A stretch of 64,000 bases of DNA from Pseudomonadota bacterium (GTDB lineage: Bacteria; Desulfobacterota; S145-22): NCBI GenBank assembly GCA_015493505.1, contig WGDA01000005.1, positions 8,525 to 72,524 of the forward strand, read 5' to 3'. The notes below the pieces were generated by a model. That model was not told the DNA's origin, ran no database searches, and saw only the letters and a program-made list of their open reading frames with translations. This document shows, piece after piece, positions 28,694 to 38,757 of this stretch (position 1 is its first letter; each line of letters starts with the position of its first letter). The position numbers and the translations under genes are program-made.

Positions 28694-29488
28694 GGCGCGT
28701 TCCCGCTCTTTGACCGCTTCCCAGGCGTCATCCATCTCGCGCGCGCCGGCGCTCGAGGGAAGCGTTTTCCTCATCTCGCTGAAACGGGTGATAAATTTTT
28801 GGTTCGCCTGGTGCATGACCTCTTCCGCGTTTCCCCCAAAACGGCGGACAAGGTTCACGATCGTGAAGAGAAGGTCTCCCACTTCCTCGAGAACCTCTGG
28901 AGCGGAGCCTTTTCGGTAGGCGGCCTTCACCTCTTCCAGCTCTTCATCTATCTTTTCGAAAATTCCGTGGATTTCCGGCCAGTCGAATCCCGCCTTTGCG
29001 GCCCTTTCCGAGACGCGATGGGCGCGCAAAAGCGCGGGCAGCGCCTTGGGGATGCCATCCAGCGCGGAATCCATCCGCTTCTCCACCTTCTTCAGCCTGT
29101 ACCAGTTGGCCTCGACTTCCCGGGCGGAGGAAACGGTCACATCCCCAAAGACATGGGGGTGCCGATAAATCATCTTTTTCGAAATTCTGTCAAGGACATC
29201 TCCAAAATCGAACTTCCCCTCTTCCAGCGCTATCTGGGAATGAAGGGCTATCTGAAGAAGCACATCGCCCAGCTCTTCTTTGATTTTTTCGGGGTCACCA
29301 GAATCGATGGCCTCCGTCAGCTCGTAAGCCTCTTCAATTACGTAGGATTTCAGGCTTTTGTGCGTCTGCTCGCGATCCCAGGGACATCCGTCCGGCGCCC
29401 TGAGACGCCGGATAATCTCGAGAAAATTCAGAAGTTTCTCACAGATCTCATCTCGTTGTATCGCCTCGCGCGTATCGGGGTTGGACAA
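28664..29488 (-). CDS. mazG: Nucleoside triphosphate pyrophosphohydrolase MazG.
   Basis: It has the tandem MazG domains with EELGDVLLQI and EEVGDLLFTIVNL motifs. Confidence 0.85.
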   Translation of the reverse strand: MSNPDTREAIQRDEICEKLLNFLEIIRRLRAPDGCPWDREQTHKSLKSYVIEEAYELTEAIDSGDPEKIKEELGDVLLQIALHSQIALEEGKFDFGDVLDRISKKMIYRHPHVFGDVTVSSAREVEANWYRLKKVEKRMDSALDGIPKALPALLRAHRVSERAAKAGFDWPEIHGIFEKIDEELEEVKAAYRKGSAPEVLEEVGDLLFTIVNLVRRFGGNAEEVMHQANQKFITRFSEMRKTLPSSAGAREMDDAWEAVKERERALKNHPEGSG

Positions 29489-29506
29489 GGTGGGCCCCCT
29501 TCTCTA

Positions 29507-30679
29507 CTAAAATTTCAGGTTGGCAAGCCGGTCGGCGGCCTCTTTCAACCGATCCTCACCAACCGTCAGGGCCATCCGCACGTATCCCTCGCCTTCGGGG
29601 CCAAACCCGTTTCCCGGCGTGATGACAATCCCTGTCTCCTCCAGGACCTTCGTGGCGAACGCCGCGGAGGTTGACCCGTCCGGCACCTTGATCCAAAGGT
29701 AAAAGGTCGCCTTGGGCGGGGTAACCGCCAGGCCCATCCGGTTCAGGGCGGCAACCATGATGTCGCGGCGTTTCTGATAAGTGGCACGCATCTCTTCCAC
29801 GCAGGCCTGATCTCCGCTCAACGCCTCGATTCCCGCCGCCTGAACTGCTTCAAAGGCCCCGGAATCGATATTGCTCTTTACCTTTCCGAGCGCCTGAATG
29901 ACCTCCCGGTTCCCGACGGCAAACCCCAGCCGCCACCCCGTCATTCGGTAGGTTTTGGAAAGAGAGTGGAACTCGATTCCAACCTCCTTTGCCCTCTTCA
30001 CCTCCAGAAAGCTCATGGGGCGATAGCCGTCATAGCTCATCTCGGTGTATGGCGCATCATGGCAGACAATGACGCCGTTTTCCCGGGCGAAGGCCACCAG
30101 GCGTTCGAAGAAGTCCCGTTCCGCCACTGCGCCGGTGGGGTTGTTCGGATAATTCAGGAAAAAAAGCTTCGCGCGCCTTTTTTGGTCCTCCGGGATCGCC
30201 TCAAGGTCTGGCAGGAAACCGTTTTGCTCCAGGAGAGGCACGGCATGGGCGGTGCCCCCCGCAAACTGAATGCCCGTCCGGTAAACGGGATATCCCGGGC
30301 TGGTATACAGCCCCACGTCCCCCGGGTTGATAAAAGCAAGCGGAATATGCGCGATTCCTTCCTTGGAGCCGATCAGGGCGAGGACTTCGGTTTCCGGGTC
30401 CAGCGCGATCTGAAACCGTTTTTTATACCAGTCGGCCACCGCTTTCCTGAATTCCAGCATTCCCACATAGGAGGGGTAGGTATGGTATTTCGGGTTCGCG
30501 ACAGCCTCCCGCATCCTGTGGACGATATGTTCAGGCGTTGGCAGGTCTGGGTCACCCACGCCCAGGTCAATGATATCGATTCCCTTTTTCTGGACTTCCG
30601 ATTTTTTACGGTCGATCTCAGCGAAGAGATAGGGGGGAAGCTGTGTAATCCTCTCCGCTCTTTTTTTCTGGATGTTCAT
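29507..30679 (-). CDS. dapL: LL-diaminopimelate aminotransferase-like class I PLP aminotransferase (DapL-like).
   Basis: It has a DapL-type N-terminus QLPPYLFAEID and an aminotransferase class I/II sequence with NYPNNPTG. Confidence 0.65.
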   Translation of the reverse strand: MNIQKKRAERITQLPPYLFAEIDRKKSEVQKKGIDIIDLGVGDPDLPTPEHIVHRMREAVANPKYHTYPSYVGMLEFRKAVADWYKKRFQIALDPETEVLALIGSKEGIAHIPLAFINPGDVGLYTSPGYPVYRTGIQFAGGTAHAVPLLEQNGFLPDLEAIPEDQKRRAKLFFLNYPNNPTGAVAERDFFERLVAFARENGVIVCHDAPYTEMSYDGYRPMSFLEVKRAKEVGIEFHSLSKTYRMTGWRLGFAVGNREVIQALGKVKSNIDSGAFEAVQAAGIEALSGDQACVEEMRATYQKRRDIMVAALNRMGLAVTPPKATFYLWIKVPDGSTSAAFATKVLEETGIVITPGNGFGPEGEGYVRMALTVGEDRLKEAADRLANLKF

Positions 30680-30690
30680 GAAGCGCCTCC

Positions 30691-31383
30691 TTAAAAATCT
30701 GTTGTCTTTTCAAGTATTCCGTCTTTCAGTGTGTAAGCGGTGTCCATATACCCCGCTAGCTCCCGGTTATGGCTGACCACAATCATGGTCAGGCCCACCT
30801 GTTTATTCAGGGATAAAATCAGTTCGTGAACCGTCCGGGCTGTCTGAGGATCCAGGTTCCCCGTCGGCTCGTCCGCCAAAAGCAGGGCGGGAGACATCAT
30901 CAGGGCCCGCGCGATGGCGACCCGCTGTTGTTCCCCGCCGGACAATTCTCCCGGCTTGTGGTTGAAGCGTTGTGATCCCACCCCCACCTTTTCCAGGAGT
31001 TCCTGGGCGCGTTCCCGTGTCTCCGGGGATTTCTCTCGCGCGATCATGGCGGGCATTAGGACGTTCTCCAGCGCCGTGAACTCCGGCAGCAGGTAATGAA
31101 ACTGGAACACGAAACCAATGGTCCTGTTACGAAAGGCTGCCAACTCTTCGGGGGACAGGGAAAACACGTCCCGATCGTCGTAAAAGACGGAACCCTCCGT
31201 GGGAACGTCAAGGGTGCCAAGGATATGGAGCAGGGTGCTTTTCCCGGTGCCCGACACGCCAAGAATGCAGACGGTTTCTCCCCGGCGGACCGTCAGATTC
31301 ACGCCTTTCAGGACATCAACCTGTCGGGTCCCCGTCCGAAAGGTCTTCTTGAGATGGTTGACGGACAGCAGGGTCTCATTCAT
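30691..31383 (-). CDS. lolD: Lipoprotein-releasing system ATP-binding protein LolD.
   Basis: It has Walker [10 protein letters not shown] and the signature [15 protein letters not shown], adjacent to the FtsX-like permease. Confidence 0.8.
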   Translation of the reverse strand: MNETLLSVNHLKKTFRTGTRQVDVLKGVNLTVRRGETVCILGVSGTGKSTLLHILGTLDVPTEGSVFYDDRDVFSLSPEELAAFRNRTIGFVFQFHYLLPEFTALENVLMPAMIAREKSPETRERAQELLEKVGVGSQRFNHKPGELSGGEQQRVAIARALMMSPALLLADEPTGNLDPQTARTVHELILSLNKQVGLTMIVVSHNRELAGYMDTAYTLKDGILEKTTDF

Positions 31384-32605
31384 AACGCAGGCCCTCTACC
31401 GGTGGCAGGCTTGCCGCCTGTCGCGCGGGGTAGATGGTCGCCAGGAAGCAAATGCCGATGGCGGAACCGGCGATAATCAGAAAATCCGACCAGGCCATCT
31501 GCACGGGAAGTGTCGAGATGTAATACACGTCCGTCGGCAGTTTGATGAACTGATACTTCTTCAGCAGGGCGCAGGCGATATACGCGAGGCCCGAACCCAG
31601 CAAGGTTCCGAAAACCCCGACGATCATGCCCTCCCGGATAAAGATCTTCATAATAGAGCGGCTGGTAGCACCCATGGCCTTGAGGATAGCGATGTCGCGG
31701 TGCTTCTCCATCACCACCATGATGAGTGAGCTGACGATGTTAAAAGCGGCCACCCACACGATCAGGGTCAGGATGATAAACATGGTGATGCGCTCCAGCT
31801 TCAGCGCGGAGAAGAGGTTGCGGTTCATGGTCATCCAGTCCCGCGTGAAATAAGGGAACTGGAGTTTCCGCCAGATTGCCTTTCCAATCTTTTTGACGTC
31901 GTAGATATTCTTGACCTTGACCTCGATTCCCGTGACACCACCCCGAAGCCGGAGGAACCTCTTGGCAACATCCAGGTCAATGAAGGCGAAACCGGAATCG
32001 TAGTCGTACATCCCGGACTCGAAGATTCCCGCCACTCGGAAGCGGCGGAACCGAGGGATTTCTCCCGCGGGGGTAATCACCATGCCCTGAGGTGAGATCA
32101 CCCGGACGATGCTTCCCACACGCAGTCCTCCCATGCTTCGCGCCAGCTCGTTTCCGACGAGAATTCCCGGCAATCCGCCATGGGGCTTCAAATCCAGGCT
32201 GCCCTGCTTGATAATCTTCGGAAGGACCGTAACGCTTCCGATCGACCGCTCGTCTATCCCCCGCAATACGACCCCCGTGGCGGAAAAGGTGGATGAAAGC
32301 ATCGCTTGCGAATAGACAAAGGGACTGGCGCCAGTCACGCCGGGGACGCTCTTGATTTCCTTGATGATACGCCCCGGGTCCATAATCAGGCCACCGCTCC
32401 TGAGAACCACGATATCGGCGTTCATCCCTAGGATCTTCCCCTTCAGGTCATTTTCAAAGCCGCGCATCACGGAGAGAACGATGATCAGTGCCATGACCCC
32501 AAGGGTTACACCGGCGATGGAGATGAGGGTGATGACCGAGACAAAAGACTGCCGGCGTTTCGATTTCAGATAGCGAAGTGAGATGAAGGTTTCATACCTC
32601 ATCAT
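31376..32605 (-). CDS. lolC: Lipoprotein-releasing system permease LolC/LolE (FtsX-like).
   Basis: It has the MacB/FtsX fold with 4 TM helices and a periplasmic domain, and is 409 aa. Confidence 0.75.
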   Translation of the reverse strand: MMRYETFISLRYLKSKRRQSFVSVITLISIAGVTLGVMALIIVLSVMRGFENDLKGKILGMNADIVVLRSGGLIMDPGRIIKEIKSVPGVTGASPFVYSQAMLSSTFSATGVVLRGIDERSIGSVTVLPKIIKQGSLDLKPHGGLPGILVGNELARSMGGLRVGSIVRVISPQGMVITPAGEIPRFRRFRVAGIFESGMYDYDSGFAFIDLDVAKRFLRLRGGVTGIEVKVKNIYDVKKIGKAIWRKLQFPYFTRDWMTMNRNLFSALKLERITMFIILTLIVWVAAFNIVSSLIMVVMEKHRDIAILKAMGATSRSIMKIFIREGMIVGVFGTLLGSGLAYIACALLKKYQFIKLPTDVYYISTLPVQMAWSDFLIIAGSAIGICFLATIYPARQAASLPPVEGLRYE

Positions 32606-34097
32606 CCGAATCCTTGACAGGGCGGAGCAGGGGAAAGAGGATCACCTCCCGAATCGAGTGGGTGTTAGTCAGCAGCATCACGAGCCGGTCGATACCAATC
32701 CCTTCACCCGCGGTGGGAGGCATGCCGTATTCCAGGGCCCGGATATAATCCTCGTCCATCTGATGTGCCTCCTCGTCACCCGTTTCCCGCTCCTTTAACT
32801 GATCCAGAAAGCGCTGCTTTTGATCCACCGGATCGTTCAGCTCCGAGAACCCGTTGGCGATCTCCCGTCCCGCGACAAACAGCTCGAAACGGTCCGTTAA
32901 AGATGGATCCGTCTCGTTTCGCCGCGAAAGGGGAGACACCTCCACCGGATACTGGGTGATGAAGGTTGGCTGGATCAGTTTTTCCTCCACCGTCTCCTCG
33001 AAAATCGTCATCAGCAATTTCCCGGGGCTGTGGATCCCCACGACCTCCACGTCTGTCTTATTGTGGAGGTAATTTTCCATCTTCGTGGAGTTTCGCAGAA
33101 TCTCCTCAGAAATCTCCGGGGCATACGCCAGAACCGCTTCCCTGACGGTCATGCGCTTCCAGGGAGGCGTGTAATCGATGGTGAAATCGCCATAGGGAAG
33201 GGTCCGCGTCCCGTAAAGGGTTTCCGCCAAGTGGCTGACGAGCGTCTCCGTGAGGGCGAGAAGATCTTCATAGGTGGCATAGGCGAGATAGAACTCCAAC
33301 ATGGTAAATTCTGGATTATGTTGTGTAGAAATCCCTTCGTTCCGAAAATTCCGGTTCAACTCGAATACACGATCCAAGCCGCCGACCACCAGGCGTTTCA
33401 GGTAGAGTTCCGGCGCGATTCGCAGGTACAGCTTCATGTTCAGGGCGTTGTGATGGGTGATAAAGGGCCGCGCCGCCGCGCCGCCATACAGGGGTTGCAT
33501 CATGGGGGTTTCCACTTCCAGGAATCCCCGATCCGTAAAAAACTGACGTATCAGGCGGATGATTTGCGCGCGTTTGAAAAAAATCTCGCGGACGTTCTGA
33601 TTGACGATCAGGTCCACGTACCGCTGTCGGTAACGGGTTTCCACGTCGGTCAGTCCGTGCCATTTCTCCGGCAGGGGGCGGATGGATTTGGTCAGGAGTG
33701 TCAGGGAATCCGCCAGAAGGGTCAGCTCGTTGGTTCTCGTTCGGAAAAGGGTTCCGGTCACCCCGATAAAATCGCCCACGTCCAGTTTCTTGAAAACGGC
33801 AAAGGCGTCGTTGCCAACCTTGTCTTTCCGGACATAAACCTGAAGTTGGCCCGTCATATCCATCAGTTTGACAAACGCCGCCTTCCCAAAGCTCCTCAGG
33901 GCAACCATCCGGCCGGCGATGGCGAAAGTCTCTTTCAAGGCTTCAAGTTTTTCCCCCTCCCACGCCTGATAGGTCTCGGCTACCTGACCAATCTGATGGG
34001 AAATCTTAAAATCGTTTCGGAAGGTGGGGGTTCCGCTGGCTTTCAACTCTTCTATCTTTTTTAGACGCACGCTTCGCAAACTGTTCTGATCGGGCAT
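32592..34097 (-). CDS. lysS: Lysine--tRNA ligase (class II).
   Basis: It has the class II aaRS motifs FRNEG and GGLDR... The start is at MPDQNS with the RBS AAGGAG. The longer track ORF start is less likely. Confidence 0.9.
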   Translation of the reverse strand: MPDQNSLRSVRLKKIEELKASGTPTFRNDFKISHQIGQVAETYQAWEGEKLEALKETFAIAGRMVALRSFGKAAFVKLMDMTGQLQVYVRKDKVGNDAFAVFKKLDVGDFIGVTGTLFRTRTNELTLLADSLTLLTKSIRPLPEKWHGLTDVETRYRQRYVDLIVNQNVREIFFKRAQIIRLIRQFFTDRGFLEVETPMMQPLYGGAAARPFITHHNALNMKLYLRIAPELYLKRLVVGGLDRVFELNRNFRNEGISTQHNPEFTMLEFYLAYATYEDLLALTETLVSHLAETLYGTRTLPYGDFTIDYTPPWKRMTVREAVLAYAPEISEEILRNSTKMENYLHNKTDVEVVGIHSPGKLLMTIFEETVEEKLIQPTFITQYPVEVSPLSRRNETDPSLTDRFELFVAGREIANGFSELNDPVDQKQRFLDQLKERETGDEEAHQMDEDYIRALEYGMPPTAGEGIGIDRLVMLLTNTHSIREVILFPLLRPVKDSDDEV

Positions 34098-34153
34098 AAA
34101 AGTTATCTCTCCTTTGTTTGTCCTGCTTCTTTTAGAGGAGTTTTGGAGGTTCG

Positions 34154-34837
34154 TCAAGGGGAAGGGGAATCGCCTGGCTTTTCCGCGCGAAACACGGTAA
34201 ACCCGGCGTTGGGATGGGCCCCCTGTTTTCCATCCTCCAGATCATACCTGGGCTGACCCGGCGGCTGAAACAGGGTGGAAAAGGCCTCTGTCGCCCCAAA
34301 CCCCGCCTGGCGTAACATTTCAAAGACCTCTAAGGCGGTGTAAAACGTCGCCAGGGAATAAAAAGGGTGCCCGTCATCAGCCTGCTTCCGGTAGACACGC
34401 CCCCAGGGAGACTCCTTCAGCACCATCCCCAAAACCACCACCCCTCCCCGCCTGAGAACCCGAAAGGCCTCTCGCAGGACGGCCAATGGGTCTTGTACGA
34501 AACAGAGGGTTACCACGAGCAGGCAGGTTTGAAAGGTTTCCGCTGGGAAGGGGAGGTGTTCTCCCGTCCCTTGTATCACCCGTATCCCCCTTTCCCTCGC
34601 GAGACGTAAAGGGCTCCGGGCGGGGTCAACACCAAACGCCACCGCGAGCGCTTGGGCGAAACGCCCGCTTCCCACGCCGACTTCAAGGGAAAGCGCTGTT
34701 TCTTCAGGCATGACACGCCGAAGAAGGTCCACCTCCAAGGCAAAAAGGGACCGTCCGGGTTCCTTTTTGTACCAGGCGTCATACTGGGCATGCAGGGTAT
34801 CAAACGGACGCGCTTTTTCCCCGGTATCCCCTTTCAT
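34154..34837 (-). CDS. Class I SAM-dependent methyltransferase.
   Basis: It has the SAM motif LEVGVGSGRF and the Methyltransf_11 pattern. Confidence 0.65.
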   Translation of the reverse strand: MKGDTGEKARPFDTLHAQYDAWYKKEPGRSLFALEVDLLRRVMPEETALSLEVGVGSGRFAQALAVAFGVDPARSPLRLARERGIRVIQGTGEHLPFPAETFQTCLLVVTLCFVQDPLAVLREAFRVLRRGGVVVLGMVLKESPWGRVYRKQADDGHPFYSLATFYTALEVFEMLRQAGFGATEAFSTLFQPPGQPRYDLEDGKQGAHPNAGFTVFRAEKPGDSPSP

Positions 34838-34846
34838 TTTCTGCCA

Positions 34847-35335
34847 TCAGTATTCATGGGGAATCCCGAGGATATGCAGCGCGAGATGGCGGAGGTCTCC
34901 AGTCTTTTCAATCCAGCCGTAATTGGCGTCTTTTTTGGCGTCCAGGTCCTTGATATAGGGTTTGATATCCAGAAGGGGCGTGCCGTCGAAAACGTCCAAC
35001 CCTGTCGTATGGATAATATTTTCCTCGATCTTGAGAATCCTGACCACGCTGAGCCCGATGGGGTTAGGGCGCAGGGGAGACCGGCTGGCAAACAGCCCCA
35101 CGGTGATCTCCCCTGCCCAGATGGGTGCCACTTTCATGGACACGGGTCGCGAGAGCCGATCGATATAGTACAGGAGATAGATATAGCGGAAGCTTTCAAG
35201 GTCCTGAAGCCCTTCCCGATATTCCGGGAGCACCTTCACCTGGAAGACACCCTCGTCCGATTCCACTGGCTGATAGGGTGCCTTCTCACGATAGGGGGTG
35301 TGAATCACACCGATGGGGTGAAAGGTAATCTCCAT
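34847..35335 (-). CDS. trmO: tRNA (adenine37-N6)-methyltransferase TrmO (TsaA/YaeB family).
   Basis: It has the TsaA-like motifs RPNPIGLSVVRIL and DGTPLLDIKPY. Confidence 0.8.
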   Translation of the reverse strand: MEITFHPIGVIHTPYREKAPYQPVESDEGVFQVKVLPEYREGLQDLESFRYIYLLYYIDRLSRPVSMKVAPIWAGEITVGLFASRSPLRPNPIGLSVVRILKIEENIIHTTGLDVFDGTPLLDIKPYIKDLDAKKDANYGWIEKTGDLRHLALHILGIPHEY

Positions 35336-35337
35336 TT

Positions 35338-36120
35338 CTACTCCCGCTCGAGGGCGCTCAGAATCTCCTTGTCAAAACGCCCTTTCTGATAGCCGTTTAA
35401 ATCCAAAAACGCTCTGGAAAACCCCAATTTTCCAAGGTATTCCAGGTAACCTCCCCTCAGTGGCTGCTGCGCCAGGCGCGCCACGTCGTTTGGGTGGACT
35501 TCGATCCGCACGGTGTTGCCAAAGTAACGCGCCCGCACTTGGTGAAAACCGCGTTCCCGCAGGAATTCTTCCGCGTCGTTAATCTTTTTGATAACATCAC
35601 GTGTCAGGGGAATCCCGTACGGGACGCGTGTGGCAAGGCAGCCGATATCGTCGACTCCCCGGGTGATTTTGTGTTCCCTCCTCAAGACGTCGATATCCGT
35701 GTCCAGCATTCCGGAAAGCCTCAGAGGGCTTTCCACCCCCAACTCCTCCAGCGCCAGCAGGCCGGGACGGTGTTCGTTGAGGGCCTCGGAAAGGTTGGTC
35801 CCTTCCATGAACCGGAAGGTTTCAGAGGGATAATCAAAATGTTTGAACAAGGTATCGAACAGGTGCCGCTTGCAGTAGTAACACCGCTCCTTTCCGTTGA
35901 CGGCCACGCCTGGAATGCTTAGAAGGTCCACGGGCAGGATCGTGTAGTTTATCCCCCTGTTTTCGAGGAACTTGTAGATATTTTCAAGCGTTCTGGGCGA
36001 GACAAACGGGGTCTGAAAAAAAACGGCGTGACAGATGCGGGTGGTAAACCGATAAATGACTTCCAAAAGAAAGGTGCTGTCGCCACCTCCTGAAAAGGCA
36101 AGGATGATTTTCTGTTTCAT
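35338..36120 (-). CDS. larE: LarE-family PP-loop ATP pyrophosphatase (ATP-dependent sacrificial sulfur transferase LarE-like, TIGR00268-type).
   Basis: It has the PP-loop SGGGDST. The blocks CYYCKRHLF, RPGL, GCLATRVPYGIPLTRD..., RVRYFGNTVRIEV and FLDLNGYQKGRFD are colinear with L. plantarum LarE, including the catalytic Cys position. Confidence 0.7.
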   Translation of the reverse strand: MKQKIILAFSGGGDSTFLLEVIYRFTTRICHAVFFQTPFVSPRTLENIYKFLENRGINYTILPVDLLSIPGVAVNGKERCYYCKRHLFDTLFKHFDYPSETFRFMEGTNLSEALNEHRPGLLALEELGVESPLRLSGMLDTDIDVLRREHKITRGVDDIGCLATRVPYGIPLTRDVIKKINDAEEFLRERGFHQVRARYFGNTVRIEVHPNDVARLAQQPLRGGYLEYLGKLGFSRAFLDLNGYQKGRFDKEILSALERE

Positions 36121-36123
36121 GGC

Positions 36124-38757
36124 TCAATCAGACAACAGGGTATCCGCGAGCGCGAGCGCCTTTTCCAGGTTCTCCGGCTGTTTGCCGCCGGCGCTGGCCA
36201 TGTCCTTTCGCCCACCACCTTGCCCGCCGATCAGTGGCGCGAGTTTTTTGATGATGGCGCTGGCATCGTATCGATCCGTGATTTCCCGGGACACCATGAC
36301 CAGCAGATGTGCCTTTGTTTTGTTCCGGCTGCCCAGAATCAGGACACATTGATCTAGCCTGTTTTTAATCTCGTCCCCCATGGATCTCAGCGCCTTGGGT
36401 TCCGCGTCCGGAATCACCGACGCAACGAGCTTGACGCCATTCACCTCTTTCGCCCGGGCGATCACATCTGAAATCCGCGAAGACGTCATCTTGAATTCCA
36501 GAGCCTGTATCTTCTTTTCATAGGCCTTAAGCTCTTCCTGAAGCGATGCCGCTCGTTTTCTGGCATCCTGAGGCGGAACCTTGAGCTGTCTCGCCACCCC
36601 TTCCAGTATCTCTCGCTGTTGCTGGACATACCGGATGGCGGCGGCACCTGCGACAGCCTCGATCCGGCGCACTCCGGAGGCGACACTCTCCTCGCTCACG
36701 ACGAAACAGGCCCCGATATCGCCCGTTCTTTCCACGTGGGTTCCACCGCAGAGCTCCGTGCTGTATCCCGGAACCTGAACAACCCGGACTACGTCTCCGT
36801 ATTTATCCCCAAAAAAGGCCAGCGCTCCCGCTTTGATTGCCTCATCGTAGGATTTTTCCATTTTCACGAAAGGCAGATTCTCCTGAATCTTCTCGTTGAC
36901 GAGCGCCTCTATCTGCAGAATTTCCGTGGGGCGAAGCGCCTGAAAATGGGTGAAGTCGAAGCGCAACCGGGTATCGGAAACGTGGGAACCCGCCTGTCGA
37001 ACGTGTTCTCCAAGCACCTGACGCAACGCGGCATGAAGCAGGTGGGTGGCACTGTGGTGACGGGCGGTCTCGCCGCGTCGCCGGGTGTCGATCTCCAGGA
37101 CGACCTTGTCTCCCACGGAAAGGGGCCCTTTGAGAATCTTGACCCGATGCACGGTAAAATCCGGAAGGGGTTTCTGGGTATCCAGCACCTCGGCCTCAAG
37201 GTTCTGGCCTCGCGCCATGCCCCGGTCGCCAACCTGCCCGCCAGCCTCCCCGTAGAAGGGAGTTTCCGGCGTGATCATCTCAACCGTTTCCCCTTCCCGA
37301 CCTTCGTCAACCGTTTCACCGTCCCGCACTATGGCGTGAACCACGGTTTCGAGGGACGTTTCTTCGTAGCCACGAAACGCGACATTGCCCAACTGGGATT
37401 TGAGTTTGCGGTAAACCGGCGGGACCTCCTTCTCTCCGGATCCCTTCCATGCCCTTTGGGCCCGCTCCCGCTGCTCTTCCATCCGCGCCTGGAAGCCGGC
37501 GTGATCCAGAGTTAACCCTGTCTCCCGGGCGATATCTTCCGCCAGATCCACCGGAAACCCGTAGGTATCGTAGAGCTTGAAGATGACATCTCCAGGGATG
37601 ACTGTTTCGCCCTTCTCTTTCAGGACTTCAAGTGTCTCGTTCAAAAGCTTCATGCCGTTGTTCAGGGTGGAGGAAAAGCGGTCTTCTTCGCTGTAAATCA
37701 ATTTGCTGATCGTTTCCCGATGGGTCATGAGCTCCGGATAAACATCCCCCATCATCTCAATCACCCTGTCGGCAACCTGATACAAAAAGGGTTTTTGAAA
37801 ACCCAGCAGATAGCCGTATCGCATCCCCCGCCGCATGATGCGCCTGAGGACATATCCCCGCCCCTCATTGGAGGGAAGGACCCCGTCCGCGATCAGAAAC
37901 GCGGCGGAACGGCTGTGGTCCGCGATAATTCTCAAGGCGATATCGTGCCGTTCCTCCTCTCCATAAGAGACATGCGCCATCCGCGCCACCATGTTGATGA
38001 TGGGGACAAACAGATCCGTCTCATAGTTACTGTGTACCGACTGCAGAATGGCGGCGATCCGCTCCAGCCCCATCCCCGTGTCGATACTGGGACGGGGGAG
38101 GGGGTCCATGCGGCCATCCTCATGCCGGTTGAACTGCATGAAGACCAGATTCCACAACTCCAGGAACCGGTCACAGTCACAACCGATTTGACAGTCCGGG
38201 CGGTGGCACCCCACCTCTGGGCCCTGGTCTATATGGATTTCCGAACAGGGGCCGCATGGGCCTGTGTTGCCCATCGCCCAGAAATTGTCCTTCTCTCCCA
38301 TTCTGACGATACGCACTTCGGGAATACCAATCTTCTTGTGCCAGATATCAAACGCCTCATCATCGTCCTGATAGATGGTAATCCAGAGCTGTTCCTTTGG
38401 GAGTTTGAAGACCTGGGTCAAAAGCTCCCAGGCCATGGAGATCGCGCCTTCTTTGAAATAATCCCCAAAGGAAAAGTTCCCGAGCATCTCGAAAAAGGTG
38501 TGATGGCGCGCCGTGTAGCCCACGTTGTCGAGGTCGTTGTGCTTCCCTCCCGCCCGCATACACTTCTGGCACGTGGTGGCGCGGGAATAAGGACGTGTTT
38601 CTTCACGGGTAAAAACAGACTTGAACTGAACCATGCCCGCGTTGGTGAAAAGAAGCGTGGGATCGTCCATCGGGATCAGCGGGGAACTTTTCACCACCTG
38701 ATGGCCCCGTTCGCGGAAAAACTCCAGAAAGGTTTTGCGTATCTCGTCAGATTTCAT
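36124..38757 (-). CDS. alaS: Alanine--tRNA ligase.
   Basis: It is 877 aa and has the AlaRS N-terminus FTNAGMVQFK, the editing HxxxH/CxxxH region, and a C-terminal DHHA1. Confidence 0.95.
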   Translation of the reverse strand: MKSDEIRKTFLEFFRERGHQVVKSSPLIPMDDPTLLFTNAGMVQFKSVFTREETRPYSRATTCQKCMRAGGKHNDLDNVGYTARHHTFFEMLGNFSFGDYFKEGAISMAWELLTQVFKLPKEQLWITIYQDDDEAFDIWHKKIGIPEVRIVRMGEKDNFWAMGNTGPCGPCSEIHIDQGPEVGCHRPDCQIGCDCDRFLELWNLVFMQFNRHEDGRMDPLPRPSIDTGMGLERIAAILQSVHSNYETDLFVPIINMVARMAHVSYGEEERHDIALRIIADHSRSAAFLIADGVLPSNEGRGYVLRRIMRRGMRYGYLLGFQKPFLYQVADRVIEMMGDVYPELMTHRETISKLIYSEEDRFSSTLNNGMKLLNETLEVLKEKGETVIPGDVIFKLYDTYGFPVDLAEDIARETGLTLDHAGFQARMEEQRERAQRAWKGSGEKEVPPVYRKLKSQLGNVAFRGYEETSLETVVHAIVRDGETVDEGREGETVEMITPETPFYGEAGGQVGDRGMARGQNLEAEVLDTQKPLPDFTVHRVKILKGPLSVGDKVVLEIDTRRRGETARHHSATHLLHAALRQVLGEHVRQAGSHVSDTRLRFDFTHFQALRPTEILQIEALVNEKIQENLPFVKMEKSYDEAIKAGALAFFGDKYGDVVRVVQVPGYSTELCGGTHVERTGDIGACFVVSEESVASGVRRIEAVAGAAAIRYVQQQREILEGVARQLKVPPQDARKRAASLQEELKAYEKKIQALEFKMTSSRISDVIARAKEVNGVKLVASVIPDAEPKALRSMGDEIKNRLDQCVLILGSRNKTKAHLLVMVSREITDRYDASAIIKKLAPLIGGQGGGRKDMASAGGKQPENLEKALALADTLLSD

